From: Bacilli bacterium
GTDB lineage: Bacteria > Bacillota_I > Bacilli_A > RFN20 > CAG-826
Assembly: GCA_034116505.1 (NCBI GenBank)
Contig: JAXERM010000012.1
Span: forward strand, 1-45,255
Direction of reading: 5' to 3'
DNA: 45,255 nt
Part shown: positions 9,328 through 19,782 of the stretch, one piece after another
Position numbering within the stretch: position 1 is the first letter of the stretch
How the letters are laid out: every line of letters begins with the position of its first letter
The notes under the pieces: model-generated
What the model saw: the letters and a program-made list of their open reading frames with translations, nothing else
Told to the model about the DNA's origin: nothing
Database searches by the model: none
Position numbers and translations under genes: made by a program

Positions 9328-10693
9328 CTAATGCCTTTCCTAAATCGTAAATAGCACGTGCGTAAATCGCGATGCCGCTAAATAAGTCGGCTTTTCTAAC
9401 ACGTTCATGATTTGAGTGCATATAACAATCATAATCAATATGTTCCATACCAAAAGCGATGATGTTATCAGCTTCTTTTGCGTATGTCCCACCACCAATT
9501 GCTAAAATCGGAGTTTTATCATCTTTAGTTTCATCGATGTAGCTATGATGTAAGATTTTCACTAATGGAGAATTTTTTGGATAATAAAGAAGTTTAGAAG
9601 TGCCTAATATTTCAATATTAAAAGGAGCAGAATTCTTTTTAATGTTCTCTAATAAAACATTAGGTTTACAAGTGTCAACATAGCGGAAATTAACCACCAT
9701 AGAAAATTCGTTATCCTTATAATTTAATAAACCTACATTTAAGGAATTATTACCCATGTCTTTACTATGGGCAGAAGCTTCTAAACCAGCACCTGTTAAA
9801 GAAGAATAATGCTTAATAATAATTTCTAAATTAGGATCTTGATAAAATTTGGCAAGAGCGTCTAATGCTTTCATTCCGGCGTTATCACCTAATTCAGGAG
9901 AAGCACCATGCGCGGCTTTTCCGTGCACTATCACTTTCATCATTTTATCAATATATTCTACTTCGTAATCATAATGTTCAACTGCTAAGAAATGGATAAA
10001 TCCATCATCTTTATCCATCATGATTTCACATTTTTCAATAACCGAATTAGCGGCAACTCCACCATGAATTTCTTTAACATGAGTAATTGGGAAATGATGT
10101 TTAACTGCAAAATTAACGATGCCTTTTTCCGCAAAGATTAAAGGGAAGGAAGCATCAGGAGAAAACCCAGCATTTGGTTGCGGTTTCTTCAAAGTATAAA
10201 AATAATGATGCATACCTAATGAACCGCTTTCTTCATTTCCACCTACTAAGAAACGCACTTGATAATTGCCTAACAAATGATTATCACGTAATGCTTTTAA
10301 AGCATAATAAGCCGATAAAAGAGGACCTTTATCATCGGCCACGCCTCTACCAGTAAAATGATCGCCGCGGTCCACCGCCATAAATGGATCTTGATTCCAC
10401 CCTTCTCCAGGCGGGACAACATCCGCGTGAGCTAAGATGGTGATATTTTTATCACCTTCGCCGCACAATATTTCTACGACCATGTTGTCGTAGTTAGTGA
10501 CCTTAAAACCATCTTTATTTGCTAAATCAGCAATAAAAGATAAAGCGTTTGAGACACCTTTACCAAACGGATCTAATTTCGTCACTGTTTTTTCATCATA
10601 AACGGAATCGATCGCTACGAATTGTTTCAATGATTCCACTAATTCTTTTTGATATCTTTCAGTTATTTTTGGAAATATCGACATATCAATCAT
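9311..10693 (-). CDS. pepV: M20-family (Sapep/PepV-type) dipeptidase
   Basis: The 460-aa protein has the metal ligand motifs LAHADVVP, GRGVADDKGP and GGNEESGS. These are typical of PepV/Sapep dipeptidases. Confidence 0.85.
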   Translation of the reverse strand: MIDMSIFPKITERYQKELVESLKQFVAIDSVYDEKTVTKLDPFGKGVSNALSFIADLANKDGFKVTNYDNMVVEILCGEGDKNITILAHADVVPPGEGWNQDPFMAVDRGDHFTGRGVADDKGPLLSAYYALKALRDNHLLGNYQVRFLVGGNEESGSLGMHHYFYTLKKPQPNAGFSPDASFPLIFAEKGIVNFAVKHHFPITHVKEIHGGVAANSVIEKCEIMMDKDDGFIHFLAVEHYDYEVEYIDKMMKVIVHGKAAHGASPELGDNAGMKALDALAKFYQDPNLEIIIKHYSSLTGAGLEASAHSKDMGNNSLNVGLLNYKDNEFSMVVNFRYVDTCKPNVLLENIKKNSAPFNIEILGTSKLLYYPKNSPLVKILHHSYIDETKDDKTPILAIGGGTYAKEADNIIAFGMEHIDYDCYMHSNHERVRKADLFSGIAIYARAIYDLGKALDENKI

Positions 10694-10702
10694 AACCTCT
10701 TT

Positions 10703-11473
10703 CTATTTATTAATATTTCTATTAATAATATGATTAAGACCTTTTAAGCAAATGTCTTCATCATAAATATAATCTTTTGGTAATAAATCTTTAATGAAAA
10801 CGCTATTTCCACCTGTAATGATATGTTTACAAGGATAGCCTAATTCATTTTCATAGCGGTTAATTAAACCTAAAATCATTTCTAAATGACCATAAACAAT
10901 GCCGGCATTCATCGCTTCAATTGTGTTACTAGCTAAAATAGATTTTGGTGCTTCTAGACTGACTTCAGGCAACAAAGCGGCTTTAGAAATTAAACTATTC
11001 GCACTTAAAGTTAATCCCGGCATAATTAAACAACTAGTAAACACACCTTTATTATCTAATAGCAATATCTTACTAGCGGTCCCTAAATCTGCGATTAATA
11101 TCGGATAGCCATATTCCTCTTTTGCGCCTACTAAATCCGCGATTAAATCATTACCGATTTCACTTGGATTATCAGTTTTTAACATCAATCCAGTTTTAAC
11201 TCCAGGTTGAATTGAAATAACGTCGACATTAAATATTCTTTTTAAAGCGTTTTTTAAAGGAACATTAACGCTAGGAACAACACTCGAAAGAATAATATGT
11301 TGGATTTTATTAATTTTTATATCATTATCTTCAAGACGACGTTTGATCACGGTGAAATATTCGTCTTCGGTATGTTCTAAACCAGTTGTAAGACGAATCT
11401 TTTTGATTAATTTGTCATTATAGAAAACACCTACACCAATGGAGGTGTTACCAACATCGATACATAAATTCAT
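10703..11473 (-). CDS. coaX: Type III pantothenate kinase CoaX
   Basis: It has MNLCIDVGNTSIGVGVF (ASKHA phosphate-1 motif), IADLGTA and ITGGN. The ORF-track start at 11488 is a TTG. I prefer the ATG at 11473, which lies 1 nt after the leuS stop. Confidence 0.9.
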   Translation of the reverse strand: MNLCIDVGNTSIGVGVFYNDKLIKKIRLTTGLEHTEDEYFTVIKRRLEDNDIKINKIQHIILSSVVPSVNVPLKNALKRIFNVDVISIQPGVKTGLMLKTDNPSEIGNDLIADLVGAKEEYGYPILIADLGTASKILLLDNKGVFTSCLIMPGLTLSANSLISKAALLPEVSLEAPKSILASNTIEAMNAGIVYGHLEMILGLINRYENELGYPCKHIITGGNSVFIKDLLPKDYIYDEDICLKGLNHIINRNINK

Positions 11474-11474
11474 A

Positions 11475-13871
11475 TTAAATTGCGACAATATTCAAGATCT
11501 TATTTTTTACAAAAATAATTTTCTTAATTTGTTTCCCTTCTATATGGCGTAGTACGCCGTCTAATTTCATAGCCTTTTCTTTGACACTTTCTTCATCGCT
11601 ATCAATCGCCATCTCTAGCGTTGCTCTTAATTTACCATTCACGCTGACGGCAATTTTAACATTTTTATTAACGATCTTATCCGCGTCATAAGTTGGCCAT
11701 GGCTCATAAGCAATCGTGTGGTCATGACCTAATTTTTCCCACATTTCTTCACCGATATGCGGCGTGATACAAGAAATTAATTTAACAAATCCTTCCGCGT
11801 ATTCTTTTGGTAATTTATTCACTTTATAAACTTCGTTAATAAAGATCATCATTTGTGAAATCGCAGTGTTAAACGCTAAAGATTCATAATCTTCAGTAAC
11901 TTTTTTCACTGTTTGATGATAAACCATTTCTAATTCAGGCACTTTTTCATCAGTTAAAATATTATTTTCAATAATCGCACGATACACTCTTTCTAAGAAT
12001 TTATGCGCCCCTTCCACTCCTTGATTTGACCAAGGTTTACTCGCTTCAAGTGGACCCATAAACATTTCATATAATCTTAATGTATCCGCACCATATTGCT
12101 TAACAATATCACTTGGATTAACGACAAATTCTGGATAACGTTTGCCCATCTTAATACCGTTGGAGCCTAAGATAAAGCCTTGGTGCACTAATTTTTTGAA
12201 CGGTTCATCAAAATTAATGTAGCCTTTTTCATATAAATATTTTGTCCAAATACGCGCATAAATCAAATGACCAACCGCGTGTTCTGGACCACCGATATAT
12301 AAATCTACTGGCAACCAATGGTTAGCTAATTCTTTATTACAAAATTCTTTATTATTATGTGGATCTACATAGCGTAAGAAATACCAGCTACTACCCGCAC
12401 TACCAGGCATTGTAGATGTCTCTCTTTGACCTTGTATGCCATTTTTATCATAATTTTTCCATTCTTTAGCGTTTTCTAAAGGTGCTTTGCCGTTATGACC
12501 TTTATAATCATCTAATTCTGGTAAAACTAATGGTAATTCATCATCATCTAAAACATGGATTGTGCCATCATTAAGATGAACGACAGGAACTGGTTCACCC
12601 CAATATCTTTGACGGGCAAAAATCCATTCTCTGAATTTATAATTAATCTTTTGTTCGCCTAATTTATTTTCTTTTAAATAATCAAGCATCTTATTGATCG
12701 CGTCAACTTTATTTAAACCATCTAAGAAAGATGAATTAATATGCACGCCATCACCTTCAAATGCTTCTTTAGAAATGTCTCCACCTTCTAACACCGGAAT
12801 AATATCTAAACCAAATTTTTTCGCGAAAGCATAATCGCGGCTATCATGAGCAGGAACTGCCATAATGGCGCCAGTGCCGTAAGAGGCTAAAACATAATCT
12901 GATATATAAATCGGAATTGCTTTATTATTCACTGGGTTAATTGCGTAACTACCAGTAAAACAACCGGTTTTTTCTTTTGATAAACTAGTTCTTTCTAGTT
13001 CACTTTTTTGGCTAGCTTCTAATATATAAGCATTAATTGCTTCTAATTGTTCTTTTGTTGTAATCTTTTTTACTAATTCATGTTCTGGAGATAAAACGCA
13101 ATAAGTTGCTCCAAATAATGTATCGCATCTTGTAGTAAAAACGACAAAAGATTCTTTACTATCTTTAACATTAAATCTAACTGAAGCACCGATAGATTTA
13201 CCAATCCAGTTTCTTTGAATTTCTTTTGTGGATTCTGGCCAATCAATTTTATCTAAACCGCTTAATAATCTTTCAGCGAATTTAGGTTGATCAATCACCC
13301 ATTGTTTTAAATTTTTGCGAATGACTGGATATCCACCTCTTTCGCTTTTACCATCAATCACTTCATCATTAGATAATACTGTGCCTAATTCTTCACACCA
13401 GTTAACTGGCATATCGACATATTTAGCGTATCCATCTAAGAATAAACCTTTAAAAATCCATTGTGTCCAATGATAAAATTCCGGATCGGATGTTGAAATG
13501 GTACGGTCATAATCATAATCAAAACCTAATTCTTTTAATTGTTTAGTAAAAGTTTCGATATTGGTTTTTGTAAAACCTTCTGGATGATGTCCAGTTTGAA
13601 TCGCGTATTGTTCGGCTGGTAAACCAAAAGAATCAAATCCCATTGGATGGAGGACATTATATCCTTGCATTCTTTTCATTCTAGAGACGATGTCAGTTGC
13701 GGTATATCCTTCTGGGTGACCAGCATGTAAACCAACTCCAGATGGATATGGGAACATATCTAAAGCATAAAATTTAGGTTTAGAAAAATCATAAATATCT
13801 GTTTTAAATGTTTGATTATCAGCCCAATATTTTTGCCATTTTTTCTCAATATTAAAAAAATCGTAACTCAT
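11475..13871 (-). CDS. leuS: Leucyl-tRNA synthetase
   Basis: It has the class I HIGH-type motif ([16 protein letters not shown]), a KMSKS-equivalent (IKMGKRY) and the start [17 protein letters not shown] prefer the ATG at 13871, which has AGGTGA 7 nt upstream, over the GTG at 13880. Confidence 0.97.
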   Translation of the reverse strand: MSYDFFNIEKKWQKYWADNQTFKTDIYDFSKPKFYALDMFPYPSGVGLHAGHPEGYTATDIVSRMKRMQGYNVLHPMGFDSFGLPAEQYAIQTGHHPEGFTKTNIETFTKQLKELGFDYDYDRTISTSDPEFYHWTQWIFKGLFLDGYAKYVDMPVNWCEELGTVLSNDEVIDGKSERGGYPVIRKNLKQWVIDQPKFAERLLSGLDKIDWPESTKEIQRNWIGKSIGASVRFNVKDSKESFVVFTTRCDTLFGATYCVLSPEHELVKKITTKEQLEAINAYILEASQKSELERTSLSKEKTGCFTGSYAINPVNNKAIPIYISDYVLASYGTGAIMAVPAHDSRDYAFAKKFGLDIIPVLEGGDISKEAFEGDGVHINSSFLDGLNKVDAINKMLDYLKENKLGEQKINYKFREWIFARQRYWGEPVPVVHLNDGTIHVLDDDELPLVLPELDDYKGHNGKAPLENAKEWKNYDKNGIQGQRETSTMPGSAGSSWYFLRYVDPHNNKEFCNKELANHWLPVDLYIGGPEHAVGHLIYARIWTKYLYEKGYINFDEPFKKLVHQGFILGSNGIKMGKRYPEFVVNPSDIVKQYGADTLRLYEMFMGPLEASKPWSNQGVEGAHKFLERVYRAIIENNILTDEKVPELEMVYHQTVKKVTEDYESLAFNTAISQMMIFINEVYKVNKLPKEYAEGFVKLISCITPHIGEEMWEKLGHDHTIAYEPWPTYDADKIVNKNVKIAVSVNGKLRATLEMAIDSDEESVKEKAMKLDGVLRHIEGKQIKKIIFVKNKILNIVAI

Positions 13872-13883
13872 AAAAATCACCTA

Positions 13884-15311
13884 TTAATCTATAATTTGAT
13901 GATATAAAGATAAATATTGTTTTGCGCTCTTTTGCCAAGAATTATCAGTTTTCATCGCATTAAGTTTTAATCTTTTGATTAAATTTTTATCTTTACTAGC
14001 GTCTAATGCGTAAAGAGATGTATATCGCATATCATCATTAGCGTAATTATCAAAGCCAAATCCGTTAGATGTTAAACGGTTATTATTATCATAATTAATA
14101 ACAGAATCTTTTAAACCACCCGTTCTTCTGACGATTGGTAAGGTTCCATATCTTTGAGCGATCATTTGTCCTAAACCACATGGTTCGAATAAAGATGGCA
14201 TCATGAAGAAATCGCTACTCGCGTATATTAAGTGAGCAAGTTCATCGTTATAACCGATATAAATCGCCATTACATTCGGATATTTCGCTCTAAGATATTC
14301 TAAATGTTGTTCATAATCATATTCGCCACTTCCAAGAACAACAATATTGCAACCCTTGGAGGCAAGTTCTTCAATTGTGTCAAACAAAATATCGAATCCT
14401 TTTTGCCATGTAATTCTACTAACCATAGAAAATAATGGTAAACCATTATCAACAATATGTAATCTTTCGAATAAAGCTTTCTTATTTAATTTCTTTTGAC
14501 TGGTGAAATTGTTAATAGAGAAGCGATATGGAATATATGGATCGGTTTCTGGATTAAATTCTTCATAATCGATACCATTTAAAATACCGATAAAATCGTC
14601 TTGTCTAATTTGTAGGACTCCATCTAAATGCATACCACCCCATTCAGATAATAATTCATAATGATGGTTAGGGGAAACGGTGGTAATTTTATCAGCGTAT
14701 ACAATGCCGGTTTTTAAAGTAGATATCCTACCATCATGACGGCAGTTGCCTCTTTCATATAATGAATATGGAAGATTAAATAAATTACCTAATGCTTCTG
14801 GATCTAACATGCCTTGGAAAGCAGGATTATGAATTGTTAAAACGAATTTAGTGTTTCTAAATTCATAACGATAATAATCATCTTCTTTAACTAAACATGG
14901 TAACATCGCACTTTGCCAATCGTGGACATGGACAATGTCGATATTTCCGATACGGCGTAATAATTCTCTAGACGCCATGACGAAAAAGGCAAATCTTTCC
15001 CCGTCATCATTATCGCCATAAATATGATCGCGACCAAAATACTGGTCGTTTTCAATTAAATAATACGTAATACCATCGGTATATGTCTTATATATAATTG
15101 CGGCATTACGACGCCAAGACATATAGACGTCAAAGCCATCAACTTTTTCTAATTGGCAATTCGCGTGCTTAATCATTTCATATAAAGGCATGACAATAAT
15201 CACTTCTTCACCCGCAATCGCTAATTCTTTAGATAAAGAATATGTGACGTCTGCGAGTCCGCCTGTTTTACAAAATGGTTTAGCTTCGGAAGCCACCATT
15301 GCTATTTTCAT
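13884..15311 (-). CDS. glgA: Glycogen synthase (ADP-glucose type)
   Basis: It begins MKIAMVASEAKPFCKTGGLADV (KTGGL motif). The 475-aa protein has a GT5 fold and ends 12 nt before leuS. Confidence 0.95.
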   Translation of the reverse strand: MKIAMVASEAKPFCKTGGLADVTYSLSKELAIAGEEVIIVMPLYEMIKHANCQLEKVDGFDVYMSWRRNAAIIYKTYTDGITYYLIENDQYFGRDHIYGDNDDGERFAFFVMASRELLRRIGNIDIVHVHDWQSAMLPCLVKEDDYYRYEFRNTKFVLTIHNPAFQGMLDPEALGNLFNLPYSLYERGNCRHDGRISTLKTGIVYADKITTVSPNHHYELLSEWGGMHLDGVLQIRQDDFIGILNGIDYEEFNPETDPYIPYRFSINNFTSQKKLNKKALFERLHIVDNGLPLFSMVSRITWQKGFDILFDTIEELASKGCNIVVLGSGEYDYEQHLEYLRAKYPNVMAIYIGYNDELAHLIYASSDFFMMPSLFEPCGLGQMIAQRYGTLPIVRRTGGLKDSVINYDNNNRLTSNGFGFDNYANDDMRYTSLYALDASKDKNLIKRLKLNAMKTDNSWQKSAKQYLSLYHQIID

Positions 15312-16426
15312 TAAATTATTTCTCCTTGAGAAATGACCACAACTTGGTCTTTCTTACCACTGATTTTTTTCACTTGTCGTGCTTTTGCGTCACGATCCAT
15401 AATAACATAAGTCATTTTTGTATTTGTTTCAATGGATGAATTAGCGAATAAAATACAGTTTTTAATCGCTGCGCCTTTTTCCACTGTCACACCACGTGAC
15501 AAAATACTATTTTCAACTTTGCCTTTAATAATACATCCGTTTGCAACGAATGAATTTTTAATGTTCGCTTCCGGTCCATATAAGGCTGGAGGAGTGTTAT
15601 GAGTAGAAGTATAAATTGGCCAATTATCTAAGAATAATTTTTGACGATTAGAAAATTCTAATAATTCTAAAGAATGATTAACATAATCGTTCAATGATAA
15701 AATCGGTACGACATAACCGGAAAATTCATAACCGCGGATAAATAATTGATGATTGCTAATCGCGTAAGAAATCATATCTCTTAAATTAAATAAAGAGGAA
15801 ATATGAACTGAATTAGCAATTAATCCATTAAAAATTGATGATTTAATAATATAAGTATCTAAAGAAATGTTGCGGTCATTTTTATTACCAGGGTTAGCGA
15901 ATATTCTTTTCACTTCGTTATTAACGCCTAGTTCAATGCAATCAGCACCGATAAATTCCTTATTAGCGTCTTCTCTAGCAGAATAAACAATCGTAATATC
16001 CGCTCCGGATTTAATCGCTTCAGAAACAATGTCGCGATAATCAATACTCATTAAGTAATGAGCGGGAGCAACAACAATATAATCGCTACACACATCATCC
16101 ATTAACGAAGCATTCATGAGTAAATTGTTCACATCTGTGTTAAATGGAGTGCCTAATTGTTTTTCGTTCATCAATAAACGTAAAAAACCAGTTTTAGTAT
16201 TATTAATATAAATATTACCGTCACGAATATGACCTCTAATCGCATTCATATTCTCTTCCACTAAAACCGCAATTTGATCAATGCCTGAATTAGAAAAATT
16301 AGATAAAGTGAAGTCAATTAAACCATAACGGCTTAAAAATGATGTCGCGGCTAAAGGACGATATTCAGTTAATCGGCCTAATTTAGGAGCGTGATGTAGA
16401 TCACAAATACCGAGAATTTTACTCAT
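15311..16426 (-). CDS. glgD: Glucose-1-phosphate adenylyltransferase regulatory subunit GlgD
   Basis: This 371-aa GlgC paralogue lacks the GGxGxRL motif and has a C-terminal left-handed beta-helix. It sits between glgC and glgA as in Bacillota. Confidence 0.9.
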   Translation of the reverse strand: MSKILGICDLHHAPKLGRLTEYRPLAATSFLSRYGLIDFTLSNFSNSGIDQIAVLVEENMNAIRGHIRDGNIYINNTKTGFLRLLMNEKQLGTPFNTDVNNLLMNASLMDDVCSDYIVVAPAHYLMSIDYRDIVSEAIKSGADITIVYSAREDANKEFIGADCIELGVNNEVKRIFANPGNKNDRNISLDTYIIKSSIFNGLIANSVHISSLFNLRDMISYAISNHQLFIRGYEFSGYVVPILSLNDYVNHSLELLEFSNRQKLFLDNWPIYTSTHNTPPALYGPEANIKNSFVANGCIIKGKVENSILSRGVTVEKGAAIKNCILFANSSIETNTKMTYVIMDRDAKARQVKKISGKKDQVVVISQGEII

Positions 16427-17556
16427 TATTTTTTTCCTCCTTTAGAGATTAAAATCACTGTATCATTACCGAGATTGATTTCTTCATTTGCTTCAATCTC
16501 CACATTCGGTGCAATAATCGCATTATGAATTTTTGCCCCTCTTTTCACTCTAACGCCATCCATGATGACGCATCTTGTACAAACCGCATCTTCCTCAATC
16601 ACGACTTCATCAGAAACAACACAAGAATCAACCATGCCTAAGATAATTGCTCCTTGGTTTGCGATTGAACGGACGATTGAACCTTCGTGTCCAATATAAT
16701 GTGGTAAAGAATATCTATCTTGTGTATAAATACGTGTGGATGGATCGCGGTCATATAAATCTAAATCTTTACCTCCTAAAGCGATATCCATATTCGCTTC
16801 GTGGAGTGAAGATAAAGTCCCAACATCCCGCCAATAGCCTTTAAAACGGTAAGCTTGTAATTTTTTGCCGTCATTAAGCATATTAGGAATGATATTTTTA
16901 CCAAAATCGTGATCGCTATTTTCATCTTTTTGGTCATCTTTTAAATATTTTCTTAAAACCTTCCAACTAAAGACGTAAACACCCATTGAAGCTAAATTAC
17001 TTTTTGGTTGTTTTGGTTTTTCTTGGAATTCAGTAATTCGGTCATTTTCGTTGACCGCCATAATACCAAAACGGCTCGCTTCTTTTGGATCAACTTCAAT
17101 GACAGAAATGGTCGCATCAGCGTTTGTTTTGATATGTAAATCAATCATTTCGTTATATGTAGTTTTATAAATATGATCACCAGATAAAATTAAGACATAA
17201 TCTGGATTAGTACTATCGAGAAAATCAATATTTTGGGCAATTGCGTCGGCTGTACCTTTATACCAATTAGCCCCTTCTTCTGTTTGTCTAGGCGCTAAAG
17301 ATGTCATTAATGAGTGAACACCATTAAGCCCCCATTTTTCACCATTACCGATATAGCTATCAAGCATCGTCGATTCGTATTGTGTTAATACTCCAACGGT
17401 GTTAATTCCACTATTTGCACAATTGCTTAGTGGGAAATCAATAATACGATATTTAGCAGCAAAAGATACAGCTGGTTTTGCATTCTTTTTAGTTAAGGCT
17501 TCTAATCTTGTGCCTTTGCCACCAGCAAGAATCATTGCGACTACTTTATTTGACAT
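16426..17556 (-). CDS. glgC: Glucose-1-phosphate adenylyltransferase GlgC
   Basis: It contains [23 protein letters not shown] and [15 protein letters not shown]. The 376-aa protein has an SD GGAGG upstream. Confidence 0.96.
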   Translation of the reverse strand: MSNKVVAMILAGGKGTRLEALTKKNAKPAVSFAAKYRIIDFPLSNCANSGINTVGVLTQYESTMLDSYIGNGEKWGLNGVHSLMTSLAPRQTEEGANWYKGTADAIAQNIDFLDSTNPDYVLILSGDHIYKTTYNEMIDLHIKTNADATISVIEVDPKEASRFGIMAVNENDRITEFQEKPKQPKSNLASMGVYVFSWKVLRKYLKDDQKDENSDHDFGKNIIPNMLNDGKKLQAYRFKGYWRDVGTLSSLHEANMDIALGGKDLDLYDRDPSTRIYTQDRYSLPHYIGHEGSIVRSIANQGAIILGMVDSCVVSDEVVIEEDAVCTRCVIMDGVRVKRGAKIHNAIIAPNVEIEANEEINLGNDTVILISKGGKK

Positions 17557-17689
17557 ATTCTAAAACCTCCAATACACGCTTATTATAGCACTCGCACACG
17601 CGTTATGCACGCACACTTTAATTATGAAATGATGGTTTTAAATGCGTTTTTTTCTTTTTATCGTCAACGACTTGTAATAAACTATTGCT

Positions 17690-18139
17690 ATGAAAGTTCA
17701 TCCAAGTTATTTAAGATTGTTGTTATTATTTTCTGCCAGTGTCTTACTATGTGGGATAATATTATTCCTGGTATGTATTTCATTTTTTCTGTCTATTCCT
17801 TGGGGATGGCAAGCATACGCAATTATCGCGATTTGGGTAGTTTTATCATCAATATTCGCGTTTTTCACTTTTTTTCGTAATTATTATGAAGTAAATAAAC
17901 GCTATGTGATTGTGCATCGTGGTTTTAGACAATTAATCTATTATTACAACGATGTAGTTTATATCGATGAAGAAAAATCAACCCGCAAAAAAATGATTCA
18001 TTTCTACACGAATAAAGGTCATACAAGATATATCACTTTTGATAAAAATCAAATTCTTTATAAAACGATGCTCTCGAATTGTAAAAACCGTTTAACAAAA
18101 GAAGAATTTGAAAGAAGATATCCAAAAGTGAAATTATAG
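17690..18139 (+). CDS. Small membrane protein with two N-terminal TM helices and a bacterial PH-like (YdbS/YdbT-type) C-terminal domain
   Basis: There are two hydrophobic helices (LLLLFSASVLLCGIILFLVCISFFL and AIIAIWVVLSSIFAFFTFF). The following segment, YYEVNKRYVIVHRGFRQLIYYYNDVVYID, resembles bPH_2 domains. No SD is obvious. Confidence 0.6.
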   Translation: MKVHPSYLRLLLLFSASVLLCGIILFLVCISFFLSIPWGWQAYAIIAIWVVLSSIFAFFTFFRNYYEVNKRYVIVHRGFRQLIYYYNDVVYIDEEKSTRKKMIHFYTNKGHTRYITFDKNQILYKTMLSNCKNRLTKEEFERRYPKVKL

Positions 18140-18149
18140 AAAAACGATA

Positions 18150-18179
18150 TTGCAAACCCTTATAGGATTATGATATTAT
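18150..18179 (+). promoter_or_regulatory. Sigma-A type promoter of rpmB with an extended -10
   Basis: The -35 is TTGCAA (18150-18155). After an 18-nt spacer comes TGaTATTAT, with TG at 18171-18172 and the -10 TATTAT at 18174-18179. This lies about 30 nt upstream of the rpmB ATG. Confidence 0.55.
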
Positions 18180-18208
18180 TTACCGCGAACGAATAGGAGG
18201 GCTACGAT

Positions 18209-18403
18209 ATGTCAAGAGTATGTCCAGTTACAGGAAAAGGACCATTAAGCGGCAATAACCGTTCACATTCATTAAGAGCAACTCGCCGTAGATGGAACAC
18301 CAATCTTCAACCAAGAACAGTGGTCGTTGATGGTAAAGTAATGCGTGTTCGTATGTCCACACGCGCCTATCGCAGTCTCAATAAACAATATAAAGAGAGA
18401 TAA
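18209..18403 (+). CDS. rpmB: 50S ribosomal protein L28
   Basis: The sequence begins MSRVCPVTGKGPLSGNNRSHSLRATRRRWNTNLQ. An SD AGGAGG is at 18195-18200. It is divergent from the rpe cluster, as in Bacillus. Confidence 0.98.
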   Translation: MSRVCPVTGKGPLSGNNRSHSLRATRRRWNTNLQPRTVVVDGKVMRVRMSTRAYRSLNKQYKER

Positions 18404-18420
18404 AATAGGATTATCCTGAT

Positions 18421-18450
18421 AAAAAAACAGCCGTGTTGGCTGTTTTTTTG
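18421..18450. terminator. Bidirectional rho-independent terminator after rpmB
   Basis: An A7 run precedes the stem AACAGCC (18426-18432), which pairs with GGCTGTT (18438-18444) around the loop GTGTT. A T-run follows. Confidence 0.8.
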
Positions 18451-18460
18451 TTATTTAATT

Positions 18461-19126
18461 TTAAGCTTGAAGCACTAATAATATAATCAATAAAAGCGGA
18501 TGGATAATTGCGCCAAAAATACTGAGCCATTCACTAAATGCATAAGTGATATATTTCGGACGAACATATGTTTCTTGTCCTTTGTCATCTAATTTCACAT
18601 CCATTTTAATATTTAATGTTAATTTCGGATTCATTGTAACTCCGAAATAAAATAAAGCTACAACACTGCTTACGATGAAGAACACTAAATATAAAGGTTC
18701 TAAGAAATCTTGATAATAAGGGAAATAAATAACCGCGGTAATTCCTGGAAGTAAAAAGGCGGTTAAAAATAAGAAAATAGAAAAGGCCATATGGGTCTTT
18801 AATAATTTAAGCGGAACGAAAAACATCGTACCGATCAAAATTGAATTAATGCATCCAACGATCGAAGCAATTAATACAATCGGATTATTTAAATGAACAT
18901 TTAAAATAACATAAAAACCAATTAGAAAACATAAGCTCATGATCAATGCTGCGTTTCCTAAAATATTATCGCTAAAACGACTTTCATAATTTAATTCATA
19001 AGGAAAAGTGTTACGAACGTGATAAGTTAAATTAAATCTTTTTTTATAATTAAATATAGAAGCAAAAACGCTGACAAAAAAGAAGATGACAAAAAAGATA
19101 TAAAAGCCAATCGAAAACATTAGCAT
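18461..19126 (-). CDS. Polytopic membrane protein, function unknown
   Basis: The 221-aa protein has about six hydrophobic helices and no recognisable motif. It occupies the slot downstream of rpe where Bacillus has thiN. Confidence 0.65.
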   Translation of the reverse strand: MLMFSIGFYIFFVIFFFVSVFASIFNYKKRFNLTYHVRNTFPYELNYESRFSDNILGNAALIMSLCFLIGFYVILNVHLNNPIVLIASIVGCINSILIGTMFFVPLKLLKTHMAFSIFLFLTAFLLPGITAVIYFPYYQDFLEPLYLVFFIVSSVVALFYFGVTMNPKLTLNIKMDVKLDDKGQETYVRPKYITYAFSEWLSIFGAIIHPLLLIILLVLQA

Positions 19127-19782
19127 TGTTTCATCTCCTTAATTCTCTCTTCCATATCTTCATGACCAAATAAATAAGAACCCGCCACTAAGATGTCAAC
19201 TCCAGCGTCAACACACTTTTTACTAGTTTCTTTATTTATCCCACCATCGACTTCAATTAAGGTTTGATAATTATGAGTTTTTATGTAACTAGATAAATAA
19301 GAAATCTTATCTAAAGAACATTCGATAAATGATTGCCCACCAAATCCAGGCTCGACACTCATAATTAAGACTAAATATAAATCTTTCATAAAAGGAAGGA
19401 CCTTATCAACGGATGTATTTGGTTTAATCGAAATACCAGGTTTTGCCCCTAATTCTTTAATTAAATCAATCACTTCTTGCACTTCATTATCATCTTTGCA
19501 TGCTTCATAATGGAAGGTTAAAACATCCGCGCCAGCTTTGATAAAAGCTTCCGCATATCTTTTAGGGTCACTAATCATAATATGAACATCGTTAATCATA
19601 TGATGAGAATGAGAAATCGATTTTAAAACTGGAACACCAAAAGAAATGTTGTTAACAAAATGACCATCCATTACATCGAAATGTAAATATTCAGCACCTG
19701 ATTTTTCGGCTTTTCGAATTTCTTTTTCTAAATAAAGAAAATCCGCACTTAATAAAGATGGAGAAACATAAACTTTTTTCAT
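19120..19782 (-). CDS. rpe: Ribulose-phosphate 3-epimerase
   Basis: It contains SPSLLSADF, HFDVMDGHFV, MSVEPGFGGQSF and VDGGI, the hallmarks of Rpe. Confidence 0.96.
   Translation of the reverse strand: MKKVYVSPSLLSADFLYLEKEIRKAEKSGAEYLHFDVMDGHFVNNISFGVPVLKSISHSHHMINDVHIMISDPKRYAEAFIKAGADVLTFHYEACKDDNEVQEVIDLIKELGAKPGISIKPNTSVDKVLPFMKDLYLVLIMSVEPGFGGQSFIECSLDKISYLSSYIKTHNYQTLIEVDGGINKETSKKCVDAGVDILVAGSYLFGHEDMEERIKEMKQC

Noticed and set aside
13872-14200. I looked for a T-box riboswitch or attenuator upstream of leuS.
   Set aside because: The intergenic gap is only 12 nt, and the upstream sequence is the well-conserved 3' end of glgA. No specifier or terminator-antiterminator arrangement is visible.
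17605-17880. A 91-aa ORF overlaps the start of the 17690-18139 membrane protein gene.
   Set aside because: It is in a different frame of the same strand. The 17690 ORF has a coherent architecture of two TM helices plus a PH-like domain and extends much further, so the 91-aa ORF is an off-frame artefact.
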